The notes under the pieces are model-generated. The model did not search any database. It saw only the letters and a program-made list of their open reading frames with translations, and had not been told where the DNA came from. 64,000 bases of DNA from Massalongia carnosa. Lineage: Eukaryota. Positions 51,701 through 64,000 of the stretch are shown piece by piece (position 1 is the stretch's first letter; the number at the start of each line of letters is the position of its first letter). The position numbers were made by a program, and so were the translations under genes. The stretch spans positions 1,860,001 through 1,924,000 of the forward strand of contig OZ287080.1 in NCBI GenBank assembly GCA_965645245.1, in the 5' to 3' direction.

Positions 51701-52045
51701 TCCAAAGGTCAGATTCATCTAGTAAGGCCGCATTGCTAATAACTCCAATACCTCGTCGTCGTTCAGGAAAACCTAGATCCTCCTCAAAGGGAGATGCCTT
51801 CATCTGGCATTGTCGTATGGGACATCCTGGACCAATAAGCCTTCACAAACTAGGAGAGAACTCATTAGGTGTTACACTATTAGGGCCATCGACCACTCAG
51901 TGTGAGGCGTGTAGTCTGGCAAAGATGCATAGACAAATATCACGTCGGCCAGGAAATAGAAAAGTGACGAAGCCATTCCAGGAACTGCACATAGATTGGA
52001 CGGATTTCGATAAGGCCATGGATAGTTTTATACGAACAATGTTTA

Positions 52046-52588
52046 CTAGTTCGGCTATGCTGAGAGCTAGTGCGTCGTTAATCGAGACAGCTCCCGCTTT
52101 GATTTCGGCACCGCATGGATCTCTCGGACGGCATAGATGTCTCAGCACCATAAGGATGTCTCAGCACGGCATAGAGATCTTAGCACCGCATCGATCCTTC
52201 GGACGACAGTTAGGTTTCGGATTTGTGTATGCCTTGCTATGGGCCGCGTTGATGGGGCATACTGGGATGGTAGAGTAGGACAAGGAGAATAGGAAGAAGA
52301 TATATAAAGAGGAGGTCCCAGACGGTATCCCTCATCATCTCACATCTCAAGACAATCAAAAAGCATAGCATTTTGATAGCACTGTTTGCAACGTTTTCTT
52401 TCCCACCCACCCACTCCAGTTCTTCTGTCGCTTAGATAGAGGGAGTCTGTTCACAGCCCAAGGCCTGCGAGAGGGTCTTACATTAGTAGACAGCAAGGCC
52501 CTTATCGAGTCCCCCTCTCGAGGCCGGGGGCTGTGAGCAATAGCCCAAACATACTTAGTAGCAATATAACGAGATTGACACGAACTAG
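52046..52588. mobile_element. 543-bp insertion with 8-bp TIR CTAGTTCG and no TSD
   Basis: Exact removal restores the integrase frame RTMFITDKYTG. Internal TATATAAA and short tandem repeats. Confidence 0.8.
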
Positions 52589-54063
52589 TCACAGACAAAT
52601 ATACTGGATTAGTCATACTTTATTTCATGTCAACACACGGAGAGGAGTCAGAAACCCTCAAGATTCTCAAAGACCTAATGGCTTGGTGCAAGCAACGGAA
52701 CCTACTGATAGAAAGGATACGGTCAGATTTGGAGTTGAATAGAAAGCGTACCAACAAGTGGTTGTCATCGGTAGGGATAGAATCGGAACCTTCCGCTCCT
52801 AGAACTGCAGCACAAAATGGTGTAGCGGAACGTTCAGGGGGTGTGATAGTGACGAAGGCGAGAGCGATGTCAATAGGAGCTAAGTTACCATCAAATCTCT
52901 GGAAGGAGGTAATAGATGCGTCAACGTATTTACATAATAGGACTCCTAGAGAGGCTCAGTCCTGGAAATCACCGTTCGAAACATTCTACAAAACCAAACC
53001 TCAATTGGCCCATTTAAAGGCCTATGGCTGCAGAGCATATGCGATGACTGAGAACGCTCAACTTCATAAGAACAGACGACAGAAACTCCAACCCCGTGCA
53101 TATATAGGACACCTGGTAGGATACCGATCGACGAATATCTTTAGAGTGTGGATACCAGAAAGACATGGTGTCATCTCCACACGAGACGTGATATTCGATG
53201 AGTGCAGATTCTACGAAGGACAGTTACCCGAAGAAGGAACGTCTGAAGTAGAGAGAGAGACCATCATAAATAGGATCGAGTTGCCAGTGGCTGAAGCAAT
53301 AAATGAAGGCATCTTAGAGGAAGATGTGGAGATACTGGAGTATCATAATGATGAAGCAGAGGATATATCTGACGTCGATAGGCTTGATAGACTAGACAAA
53401 TTGATCGAGGATCTACGCCAAGCAGAGGAACAAGAACGTGGATTACCAACACCATCACCAGATGAGGATGACGAATTAGCCATGGCACTTCATGCTCGGT
53501 TAGAAATTGAAGATATACATGAGGCAAGCTGCTCTCAATGTGACTTCGACGATAATATCTATATCAATAAAGAAGCACCACGCATCCAAACATCAGAACT
53601 CGGGGCATTTGCCGCTGGTCGGTTGTTCAGTAAGTTCCATAAGTTGAATCTACCCCCACCTCCCAAAACCATACGTGACCTGGAGGGTCACATGTTCGAG
53701 TCTCACTTCATCGATGCCATCAGAGAACATCTCGGTGAGCATGAGAAGATGGAGACGTTTGAACTAGTCGAAAGCAAGCATACCATAAGACATCAAGTGC
53801 TGGACTGCATGTGGGTTTTCACCTACAAGACAGACAGTGATGGCTATTTGGTAAAATGCAAAGCTAAATTAGTAGTATGTGGGAATCAACAAGAGGTTGG
53901 GGAACTACCAACACGAGCGACCATTTTGGCCAGCTCAGCATTCAGGTCCATGATGGCGTTAGTTGCGAAGTATGATCTAGAAACTAGACAACTCGATGCA
54001 GTAAATGCATTTGTCAACTGTCCGCTGGACGAGCTGGTATACATACGTATTCCACCATATTAT

Positions 54064-54327
54064 CCATTCACAGGTAGGCATTCGCATTCGCCGTCGAGCG
54101 GGCGGGCACTGAAAAGAGGACGAATCTATCAGAAGACCAAACAGCGGCGACCCCTGGTGAAATGATGACTTCTGTAAAAGGAAGGCCTTCACACCCAAGA
54201 GAAAACGCTGCCATTCTAGGTGAGAAACCATTCTGGAGAACTAGTCGACAATGACTGATCACCCTTGAATCGGTATAGTCCCGGACAGTAAAGCTCAAAG
54301 TGGAAGAGGTTAAATCAGAGATGTGGT
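54064..54327. other. Foreign insertion of about 264 bp in the Copia C RT
   Basis: Removal restores YIRIPPYYLKQKYVLRLRKALYG. No clear TIR or TSD. Confidence 0.8.
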
Positions 54328-56701
54328 CTAAAACAAAAATATGTGTTAAGACTGAGAAAAGCACTCTACGGCCTGAGACGGTCACCATATCTATGGCAGA
54401 AGCATCTGTCAAAAACATTTCAATCCATGGAATTTAGGGCCATACCTCAAGAATCATGTATAATGATGAGAGGCGGAATCCTAGCATTCTATTATGTGGA
54501 TGACACGGTATTTTGTTGCCACAAATCGATCGAGGGTCAGGCCTTGAAAGCCATCGAGCATTTATGTTCAATATACACCATGAAATCACTGGGGGAAATC
54601 GAATGGTTCTTAGGAATCAGAGTCATAAGAGATAGGTCTAAACGACTTCTATGGCTATCCCAAGAGGCCTATATTGATAAGATGGCTAATAAATTCGATG
54701 TTCAACTAGATAAGAAACTACCAGATACTCCTATGATATCAACTCAATATACAGTCTCAGAAAACAAAGCTTCCCATCAGTCCATTCACTTATATCAACA
54801 AAGGATAGGAACAGCCCTATTCGCAGCCATAACCACCAGACCAGATATCGCATTCACGGTGTCCAAACTATCCCAATTCTCCATAAATCCTTCCGATGAA
54901 CATCACCAGGCAGCGATGCGAGTCCTAGAATATCTATACGCCACCAAAACCCTGGCGATTCAATATGAAGGAAAACAAGAGGAAGGGATACAAGGGTTCC
55001 TATGTGCTAGCGACGCGTCCTTCGCGGACAACAAGGATAGGAAAAGTTCTCAAGGATATATAATGACGCTGTTCGGAGGACCGGTTGCATGGAAAGCAAG
55101 CAAACAGGCGACGGTGACCACAGCGAGCACTGAGGCCGAATTGCTGGCCTTGTCGGACACCACCAAAGAAGCAATGTATCTAAGACGACTGTTAAAGGCC
55201 ATCAAGGTGAGACTGGAGGGACCGGTGATCATCGACTGCGACAACAAACAGACTATCAACTTGATAACTAGTGAGGATATGAAGCTTCAAACTCGGCTTC
55301 GCCATGTGGACATACATAATCACTGGTTGAGACAGGAATATCAGGCCGGTAGGGTGTCGATAAGATGGTTGGCCACAGCTAAGATGCCGGCGGACGGATT
55401 GACGAAGGCCTTATCAAGGCAGAAGCATGAGGGATTCATAAGATTGATAGGATTGGTGAACATATCGGACAGATTGGACTCGATACGAAAGATGGAAAGT
55501 TTGAAAAATCGTCTAATGCATTCACAATCGGGCGTTCAGGTGGCGTGTTTCGGAGGACAAAGCATCAAGATGAGGAATATAAGGGATTATACTGGACTGA
55601 TTCCAGATCTATAAACGGTGTTTCTAGATCTGAGGGGGTGTGTCAAATTATAGGATAACTAATCCTAAACATCAGTGGTAACTCAGGATGATATATCCGA
55701 AGGGTTATTCCGGCCCGACTAGACACGTGGCCTCCCCCCTTAGATAGATTCCCACTTTTCTACATCCTCCACAATACAATCAACATCTACCCAATTCCCT
55801 AATTATGCCTTTTGACCCTTATATATTTGACAAGTATGGCGCACGCTAATGGCCAGACGTATCTCTAGTCTAATACTAGCATGCCGTACATTGTCTATAA
55901 ATCTAGCTATTCCCACTATATAGAACAATAGCAAGCGTTCTATCCTCTGTCTACTGTACTACCTTTTGATATATTCTACTATAACTGGGACTCCTGCTAT
56001 GTTCGCTGTAGGTCCTGCTGTCGAGACCACGCATGGTCGAACCGTTACATTACGTTATAATCCCAAACATAAACCAAATACTTAATCCATCGAGTCTAAA
56101 GGATTCAAGAGCACATGAAGGTCTAGATATATGGGACGTGCGATGGGGGGGCGCTCTCGGTCGCAATACAAATGGACCCGGTTGGTTATATTAACCTGAC
56201 AAATAGAGTCCACTACTTGATTTGTTCATCGGGATATAGATTACACATGCCACAGCATCCTTCGTATGGACGGTGGTCAAAGATAATATGGATAATCGTA
56301 TCGATAGTGGACAAGAGGTGGTTTGGATGATAGTCACAAGGTGGTATGGACGGTGGTCTGGATGGTGGTCAAAAGGTATTCTGAGTGGTGATCTGAATTG
56401 TAGATAAATGGTTGACGATAGATGCTCTAGATAATGTTCAAAAGGTGGTATAAGAGGTGAACATTCAGTTCACGAAGAATGTGGCGAAGGGCCGTTGCGG
56501 AGCGTCGATGAGCAGGTCTGGGGCAGGAATTAAGCTTTTCGGGGGTGCTTACTATATTCAGTACTATCGTCTCCGCAAAGAACACTGTTGTCCTCTGCTA
56601 TGTCCGCCGTTTTCAACGCTTCAGGTCTGAAGTGCCACGGACTCGTTGCCGCTTCCATGATACCTGGTAACTATTGTTACAGGTTAACGGAGATCATTAT
56701 A

Positions 56702-57005
56702 CTATCCCCCCCCCTGAACAATCTTGAAAACATGGGATTTTGCAAGGGCGGTACGGGGGTATGTGCTAGGGTGAAAACGGGCGTGGATACAGGCTTGTCG
56801 CCAATTAGACAGTCGAATCTTCTGGATATTTGGGGACGGAGGTAAAATCACTAAGGGATTGCTGTAGGGCTGTACAGTAAAAATATTCACATGTCCTGAT
56901 TGGCTCGAAGCCCTGGTTTTCCACTCATGTGCTGTCAAGTCATCACTCCCGTCCTCCCCTTGCAAAAAACCCATGTTTCACGATTGTTCAGGGGGGGGGG
57001 GATAG
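56702..57005. mobile_element. 304-bp Tc1/mariner-type MITE
   Basis: Imperfect TIR of about 47 bp starting CTATCCCCCCCCCTGAACAATC, with TA on both sides. Confidence 0.9.
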
Positions 57006-58536
57006 TAAGTATGTGAGGTTTGACATACTGAACCTTTTACTGAGATGATCTACGGTAAGCTAACACCAACTAACCCTAATCTAACAGCTAACAGGATTTT
57101 CTTGATCAAACAGGGTTTTCTTGATCTAACAGGGGCTGTTTTAATTTAACAGGAACCGTTAGCTTATCATGACAAAGTCAACGATCCTAACACACGCTAG
57201 ATTTGGCTGCAATGGCAAACTTGATCATTTTACTTTTCGCGTCGATCTCTTCTACTTTGCTCGTTTCCCAAATCCACAGGTATTGCATATTCCTTGTTGC
57301 TTCTTTTTTTTTACTATGTCAACATCAAAGGCAACCACTATCAACAACCCACAAAGAATCACAATTGTACGAACCTCCCCAGAATGTATAGAAACCAACG
57401 CGTATCGGCTGACTTTGCTTTTCCTTCGAGAACTCTTAGGATTTTGATGATTCGCCTTCCAAGGAAGACTTGCCTACATTGACATAACTAAAACGCTCTC
57501 GTGCACAATTTGATGGAAATAACACTTACGGAGACAATAAACGCTCACATCGCCTGTCTTGTGTGGACGAGTTGGCTGCATCTAGTACTGGCAACGACTC
57601 AAGCGATGCGAGTTTCCAGCCGAGTGTAAATAGTACAGTCATGAATGCATGTATCGGGTTCTGACTTAGAACAAAAAACGCCGATAACTAAGTATGTGGC
57701 GAGGACATTACGGGCCGGCGCAGGCCGTGGTATTCAATACAGCTCAAGTTCTCCATCTCGAAGGAGCTCCTTACGAATGGAAACGTTCCCCTCGTCTCCA
57801 CCGAGAAACCCTTCCCGCGCGCTGGATAATATCTTGTCGCCTTCACAAATACGCATTCGTCGGGGTTTGCCTGCGACACTCTCCTCGCAAACTCTCGAGA
57901 TCTCAAAGGTCCTCCCGATCAAGTCTACTTCCGGCACAAGGGCTGGCATAACGGAGGACGAGACAGTCTCCGAAATCAAAAAAAAAATAGATGCTTATCG
58001 TTTACTCTGGGGTGACATATCAAGGCGAACCAAGTTCAACTCTAGCCCTGCTCATCAACTTATACTACGTGCCATGATTCCTTTTTCAACGCTCTGATAA
58101 CGTCCGGACACGCGGTTGGATTATGTTCGCCTTGGGCGAACACACAGAAGCCTCGATTGAGCAATTTAATGCGTCGTACTTGGCAGGACCTTGCGAAGCG
58201 TCTCGGTGACCTTCTTGGCAACCGGAACGTCGACGTAGCATAGCTTCCCACCGCCAAAGAGGCTCGCAGGGTAGGTGAGGTCTTGCTTATAATGGATTTG
58301 TTCATATAAAAACTAATCTGAGACTAGATTTATGATTCGACAACGGATTTTCGCTCTCAAATGTTGAGCAAAGTGAGATTGCTTGTGGCTAACGAATACC
58401 CGTTCTCAGTTCAGAGCGACTGTCGAATATTCGTGTCCACTTTGCTAGACGATCTTCATTTTCTGTGCGAAGATTTATCAACGGTTAATATGTCCTAGTT
58501 ATCTTGATATAAAGTTTAACTAACTCGCGAGTAGGC

Positions 58537-59515
58537 TGTCAGGGGCCTAGCCTGACATAGGGGTTAGAAGTATCCGATTAGGCTTAAGTTAGCGCTAGCT
58601 GAGATCGAAAGAGAGATCACGGGAGTACGCGAGGCTAGGGTGGGTTAGCGTGACACTCGGTGGAGATATTTCTAGCGAGTCGCGCACGATAATTCTTTTC
58701 TTCTTTGTAGATAAATTTCGGTTTAATAGCGGTTGATTAGAATTGACGACAGCTTCCATACAAAATTTATCTACCATCTTATCAGAACTCTCTTGGGGTA
58801 GACACCCATTCCAGAAAATTTCCAGATAGGGTGAAAGCCTGTTTCAGCATCTTCCAGATCAATCAATCGTGCGGATCCGATTGATAATTTCCAGAAAATT
58901 TCAATTCGGTAAAGACCCGTTCTAGTAGATTCAAGACTGATCGCTCGTGTGTATCCGAACCGATCTCCATTCCAGAACGCCGCCATGAGTTCGAAAACCC
59001 CCATGACGGCCAGAAAAGCCGTAGCCCCTCGAGGGGACAACAATACCGGCCCAGCTTTTAACACCCGCGCACGTTCCTTATCCCGCCACTCAGCCCGATC
59101 AAGCAATACTATGCCAGGAGCTTTCGAGGACCCCGAACTCTCTTCAGACGAACGAACAATGCCGACGATTGAAGGGGTACCGAATGATAACCCTAGGACG
59201 GGATTGGGCAAGGATAGGGAGTTGTCTCGCGAGATAGACATCTCGGAGCATCCATATTATGAGAAAGAGGCAATGGGATAACCAACGAGATATAGAGTCC
59301 GCAAATTCGAAGAATTTCGAGATGTGATCTCGGATGACAGAGAGGGTCCTCGTTGGTACGAGTTCATTTCCAAGGCAATCGAATATGATAAAACGATTTA
59401 TGAGAAGTGTCTCTCTCTTCGAGATGCCGACGAGAAACTCCTCACAGAAAAGAGAATAAACAGGCGATACAAGCAATAAGCGGAGTGTTTTTTAACCGAA
59501 ATAGAAGAAGGGAAT
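58537..59515 (+). mobile_element. Gypsy 5' LTR (58537..58762) and truncated start of gag
   Basis: The LTR is homologous to 22232..22412. An ORF from 58986 is frameshifted and cut at 59515. Confidence 0.75.
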
Positions 59516-59576
59516 TTAGCGTATGCAAAATGATTTGCAATTTCGCTTATGAAAACACATACCACCAACATGACCC

Positions 59577-62061
59577 TCCATCTGCTCCTAGAGGCCATCC
59601 ACGCAGCCTGGCTTAACAATGAAGTGGCCACAGTGCTCATGCTGGACATCTCGGGTGCTTACGATAACGTATCCCACGAAAGACTACTGCACAACCTACG
59701 GAAGGGAAGAATAGGCGGCAACATAGCTAAATGGATCGAAAGCTTCCTTCAGGAAAGGAAAACGACCATCGCCATGCCCGAATACACCTCGCAACCATTC
59801 ACCACGAACTTTGGAGTCCCTCAGGGATCCCCTATATCTCCTATTCTTTATCTCTTCTACAACGCCGACCTTATGGAAGAGGAAGGGCCCAAAAAGATGA
59901 ACTTGGGCTATGTCGATGACATATCCAAACTAATTATTGGAACTTCAGCAGAACAGAACTGTAGAAATCTCGAAGCCTCGTTCATGACGAGGGAGCAGAA
60001 ATGGGCGGACACACACGCCTCCAAATTTGCCCCCGCCAAATTCCAGCTCTTGCACTTCATCAAAGGACCCTCAGAGACGGATTTGAACCCCCCGGAGAGA
60101 GCTATCTCCCTAGCGGGCAAAACCATCAAGCCACAGCATACCGCCACTTACCTGGGCGCCACATTTGACGGCAAGCTCAAATGGCACGCCCATTTAAGGA
60201 AACTGGAAGCCAAAACCTCAAAGAGACTGGGGGCCCTAGGCAGCCTTGCGGGCTCCACATGGGGCACCAGTCTTGCGAGCCTTCGAAAGATCTATCAAGC
60301 CACCATACTACCGCAACTCACCTTTGGATGCTCTGCATGGTATGGTATGTTCCCGAGGGCGGATACGGGACTATCACGCAAGCAACCGCCGTGCTCAAAG
60401 CCGTCAGATCTATTCAGCGACGGGCGGCACTCATCATTTCAGGGGCATTTAGAACAACCTCGGGCCCGGCCTTGGATATGGAGCTTCACCTCCTGCCTGG
60501 CCGGCAACGCATGGAGCAGGCAGTGAACGAGTCACTACTGCGCATACGTTCAAGCCCCCTTTACGCCATAATACGTGAGATCCGCGCCTGGACAAGCCAA
60601 GCGGACTTCCACTATCGATACTGGAGCCTTCTAGCTAAGCTAGAGTCCCGCTTAATGACTTCGGGGAAATGCCCTCAACCCTGGCGGTTAGAGGTCATTC
60701 TTCCATGCATAGTGGAACCATGGTGGTCTCCCCCGAAACGCACATTGCTTCCAGTAAAGAGGAAGCAATCAAAGAGCATGACAAGATGACATCAGAGCCG
60801 AACCAAATAGTCATATACACGGATGAGAGTGTTAACCCCTTCGGAGTTGGTGCGGCAGCGGTCATCCCCAGCGACAACACACGGATAGGAACCCGCCTCG
60901 GAACGAACAAAGAAGCCAGAGTTTACCTCGCGGAACTAGTGGGCATCGACCTGGGACTGGCGGCGGCTATTGCACGATGGCAAGGGGAGATAATAATGGT
61001 TTTTGCAGATAATCAATCAGCCATCAAATCAGTAGCCGACCCCGGAACTCAATCAGGTCAGTTCATTACGCGAGATCATTGGAAAACTCCACGCATGCCG
61101 GGAGATGCAGGCCAGAGTCAGACTCTGCTGGATACCTGGGCATATGGGAGTAGAAGGCAACGAGATAGCAGACCAAGCAGCAAAAGAAGCATCAGGCTGG
61201 TTAGAACCTGGCCAGAGTCCTCCATCACCCACTTCGACTTCCTCGGACACACAGTGAAGTCGGCGATAAAACGCAACATGAGGACAATGATCAGCAAAGA
61301 ATGGGCTGGGGATTGGGAGGCAGAAAAACGCGGACAGATGACGAAAAAGCTCCTCCCCCAGCCCACTAACAAGGTCTTGCAGCTCTACCAGGGGCTTCAC
61401 AAGTCAATGAGTTCCACCCTGGTGCAGATGAGAACAGGTAAGATTAGTCTACGCAAGTATCTCTCAGATATAGGCCGCACCGAAACGGGCGAATGCCCAT
61501 GCGGCTTCGGTTATCAAACAGTTCACCATGTGCTTCTAGAGTGCGTCAGGCACCATCGATTGCGCATGGATACTATCTGGATAGGCCGGAAGGTGTTCGA
61601 TCTCCAAGAAATTTTTAGCACCCCCAGACTGGCCAAGGCAGCATCCAAATTCATGCTATCCTCACGTCTCCTCGGCCAATTTGGAGACGTGAGGATAGCA
61701 ACCGAACAATCCACGAGTTAACGGCATGCCGGCTCTTGTTTTATCCCGCTCACAGAATAGTCTCTACCATGGTAGGGCTTGCATGTATCAACACCAAGCA
61801 CAGGGGCCCAGGAGGGTGGCGTTGGAGTTCTATTTATCGATTTGTCTCAAGCGGTTTGTCCCTCTGTTCGTGTCTTCTTTTCCCTCTTCCTTGCATTCAC
61901 AACCCCTCGTACAGCTAAAAGAGTTTTTGTATTTTTTGTACTTTCAGCGCTTAGTGCAGCAATTCTGCCCTCAGCAGACTTAGATACCCATACCCTGGGA
62001 CACCCCCCGATGTAGTTTAGCACTCCCGCATACGGGCCTTCGGCCCTTGGATCGGTGTATG

Positions 62062-62096
<35 letters not shown>
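59577..62096 (+). mobile_element. 5'-truncated Tad1-like LINE (RT, RNase H, CCHC) with an (AATC)n tail
   Basis: LDISGAYDNV, GVPQGSPISP, GYVDD, YLG, VIYTDES and CPCG...HVLLEC motifs, with frameshifts. Tail at 62062..62096. Confidence 0.93.
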
Positions 62097-62105
62097 GGAC
62101 ATCCT

Positions 62106-62140
62106 TTTACACACCCTTATTATGATGATTACCTTTACAA
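62106..62140 (+). repeat. 3' remnant of the Gypsy LTR seen at about 7098..7132
   Basis: TTTACAC(A/T)CCCTTATTATGATGATTACCTTTACAA occurs at both sites. Confidence 0.7.
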
Positions 62141-63005
62141 AGGGAGTCCATCAGCTACTTTCGTAGTGAGAATGTTAAAACGGGCAACCGATACCAAATA
62201 CCGAAATTAGCTGACAAAGCAATTTGCATCTACCTCGACAAGAAATGGCCTGTGGCGGTGGTAAACTTGCATGGAGTCAGAAATCGCATCGGAAGAGACA
62301 GCCGATGAACTGGGAATGGAGAATTCTGTAATGGCTGGTGGACGGGCATAAATAGGAGCAGTTTTACCATACGTAGTGGTAGAAAGTCAATCGTTTCTCC
62401 CAATTTGTTTTGCATGTGCAAGAACTCGTTTATCGAACTAGTCATCTCAATTGCCCAGTGTCACGGACAAGGTCCAGATAGGGAGATATGCAAGAGTTAC
62501 TGTTAGAAAGCTAGGTCTAGGAATAGTATACAAGACGTCCGACGAAGAGCTCCAAACACCTGAGAAACCACATTGGTTTTATAGCCATGGCTTCCAACTC
62601 CCCTATTCTTGACTTGCCCTCATCTCTGTTCCTGTTCTAATTTCCTAACCATGATCGCTTTGACCTGTTCCGCCTTTCTCCATGCCGAAGCAATCTCTCT
62701 CTGCTGGGCAATCCCAGTCGTAGGCTTGGATAGTGGAGACGTTGAGATTGGTTTCGGGATATAGGAGTTTGGGAGTGCACTGAAGGCAGCGGAAGAACGT
62801 CTGAACACATGGGGTGAGGTTTCAGGATATATCGGAATAACGGGCCACGGTTCTATTCAACATGCAGGGCAGGTTTCACGGCAAGAGAGCCTGTTAAATA
62901 CTAACCCGATCAGGAAACGTGGGAGGGTGCGAGGTAATTCCATGACACCCAGTGCTACCATTCCGCCTGTTGCAGTCACAGTTCCAACAATTATCAACAC
63001 GAGTA

Positions 63006-64000
63006 TCACCGCTCCGAAGCACCCGTGTCGCCATTTAACTCCGCCCTTGACCTGCCCTGCAGTTCATTCGGCATGCCCTCACCATCGACCTCATACCTGC
63101 TGACATGTTCTTCCCCCATCTCCGCAACTCCATTGTTTGTGTATTGTAGGTCTTGAGGGCCACCGGAACTTCCGCCGTAGCCCTTGTCTATTTGAGGTAT
63201 GGCAGGCTGTCCACATCTCCGTGACCACAAAGGCCGAGCTAGAAGGAGAGTAAGGATGATGGCAAGGGAGAAGACAATACTGCCAACACTTATGCCGGCT
63301 TTGTCGGCTGGAGTAAGGGTAGATTTTTCGTTATTATCGGAGGAGGCGGAGGGTCGAGAATGCGGTGGTGATGTTGTGATGATGAACGCTAATGAGGATG
63401 AGAATGACAGGGAAGAGGATGATCTTGTGATGATGAACGTTAAAGGGAATGAGGATGACAGCGAAGAGGATGATGATATTGATTCAGCAGAAGCCGATGA
63501 CGAGGATACAGAAGTTACAGCGGAAAGGAGCGAGACAGGAACGGCGGTTAATTCTTGTATCTGGCTGGGTTCGGGGCTTCCGCCGGCCTTCCCTAGGGCA
63601 GCAATGCCCCAGGTCTTTGGTTCCACGCTGTCTTTGGATGTAATATTGAAGGTGGGCGAGTTAGCAAAATTGTCACCCGAGAGGCTTTCGACTTGCATGT
63701 GACACCGGCCTTTCTGATTGTAGTCGCTGTACGGGAAGGATAGAGGGTTGGAGCCGTTGGTTGGCACTTGTTCGTGGTATACTATTGCGTTTTATATAGT
63801 GTAAGCTCTCTTCATTTGTTGATCTGGTAAACATCCTGTAAACTGGGAAGCCTTGTACAAGACTTACCATAGTCCTTGGATTGGGACTCATTTGGACTGG
63901 GAGCACACCAGAGGTTCATCCATGGCTTGTCGACGCTGGAAGCCCATGTAAAATAGACGACATCGATGTAGTTGAATGATAAGTTGTTGTCCCCGTCACC
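63006..64000 (-). CDS. Ser/Thr-rich single-pass membrane protein (Mid2-like architecture); 5' end beyond the window
   Basis: S/T-rich stalk, transmembrane segment AGISVGSIVFSLAIILTLLLA, and a tail with AEM/YEV/NEL/AEL motifs. Upstream exons are suggested by GTAAGT donors. Confidence 0.75.

Larger units (their letters stand above)
49888..55832 (+). mobile_element. Ty1/Copia element C with both 192-bp LTRs (49888..50079 and 55641..55832), two internal insertions and non-matching flanks
   Basis: PBS GTTATGAGCCC and PPT GAGGGGG. Gag 50164..51216 has CPACERPGHVLENC; also LDSGA, WHCRMGH, QNGVAER, YVDD and SDASFAD. The LTRs differ by 3 transitions. Confidence 0.95.

Noticed and set aside
54139..54282. 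Group I intron (P/Q-like CAGCG/CGCTG, S-like TATAGTCC) or U3/U5 snRNA
   Set aside because: There is no room or complementarity for P3 and P8, I found no convincing U|...G boundary that restores the expected host spacing, and the invariant U5 loop and U3 box A are not matched.
57070..57079. Telomere repeat or telomerase template CTAACCCTAA
   Set aside because: Only about 1.5 units in a degenerate CTAAC-rich stretch.
57316..58500. Degenerate gene or transposon ORF
   Set aside because: Looks formerly coding but has many stops and no motif I can name.
63199..63702. Acidic 167-aa ORF on the plus strand
   Set aside because: Antisense shadow of the Ser-rich membrane protein gene.

Overview
Eukaryotic DNA, most likely a filamentous ascomycete. 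Evidence: short GT-AG introns with CTAAC/CTAAT branch sites, fungal NLR architectures, a Tad1-type LINE, and scattered C>T/G>A damage resembling repeat-induced point mutation (RIP). Most of the window is a nested transposon landscape: the tail of a tyrosine-recombinase (YR) element, three Copia elements plus a fragment, Gypsy/chromovirus pieces, at least seven solo LTRs, two TIR-complete pogo/Fot1 transposons plus a fragment, a MULE relic, two MITEs and a 5'-truncated LINE. Embedded in it is a cluster of immune-type genes: an apparently intact NACHT-ankyrin NLR with 20 near-identical repeats (43.8-48.7 kb), a broken NB-ARC-TPR NLR, an ankyrin gene without an NTPase domain and a single-ankyrin relic. 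One ordinary membrane-protein gene lies at the right edge. The best leads are (i) the NLR repeat array, with targeted hypervariability, a 10-repeat higher-order duplication and a P-loop micro-exon; (ii) an unclassified 3.4 kb element whose hairpin terminus recurs identically 34 kb away; (iii) two short insertions that share a 17-nt core, one with no target-site duplication (TSD); and (iv) a 6 kb inversion that can be rebuilt from reading frames and a TSD. All calls come from reading the sequence by eye. No database search was run, so novelty is unverified.
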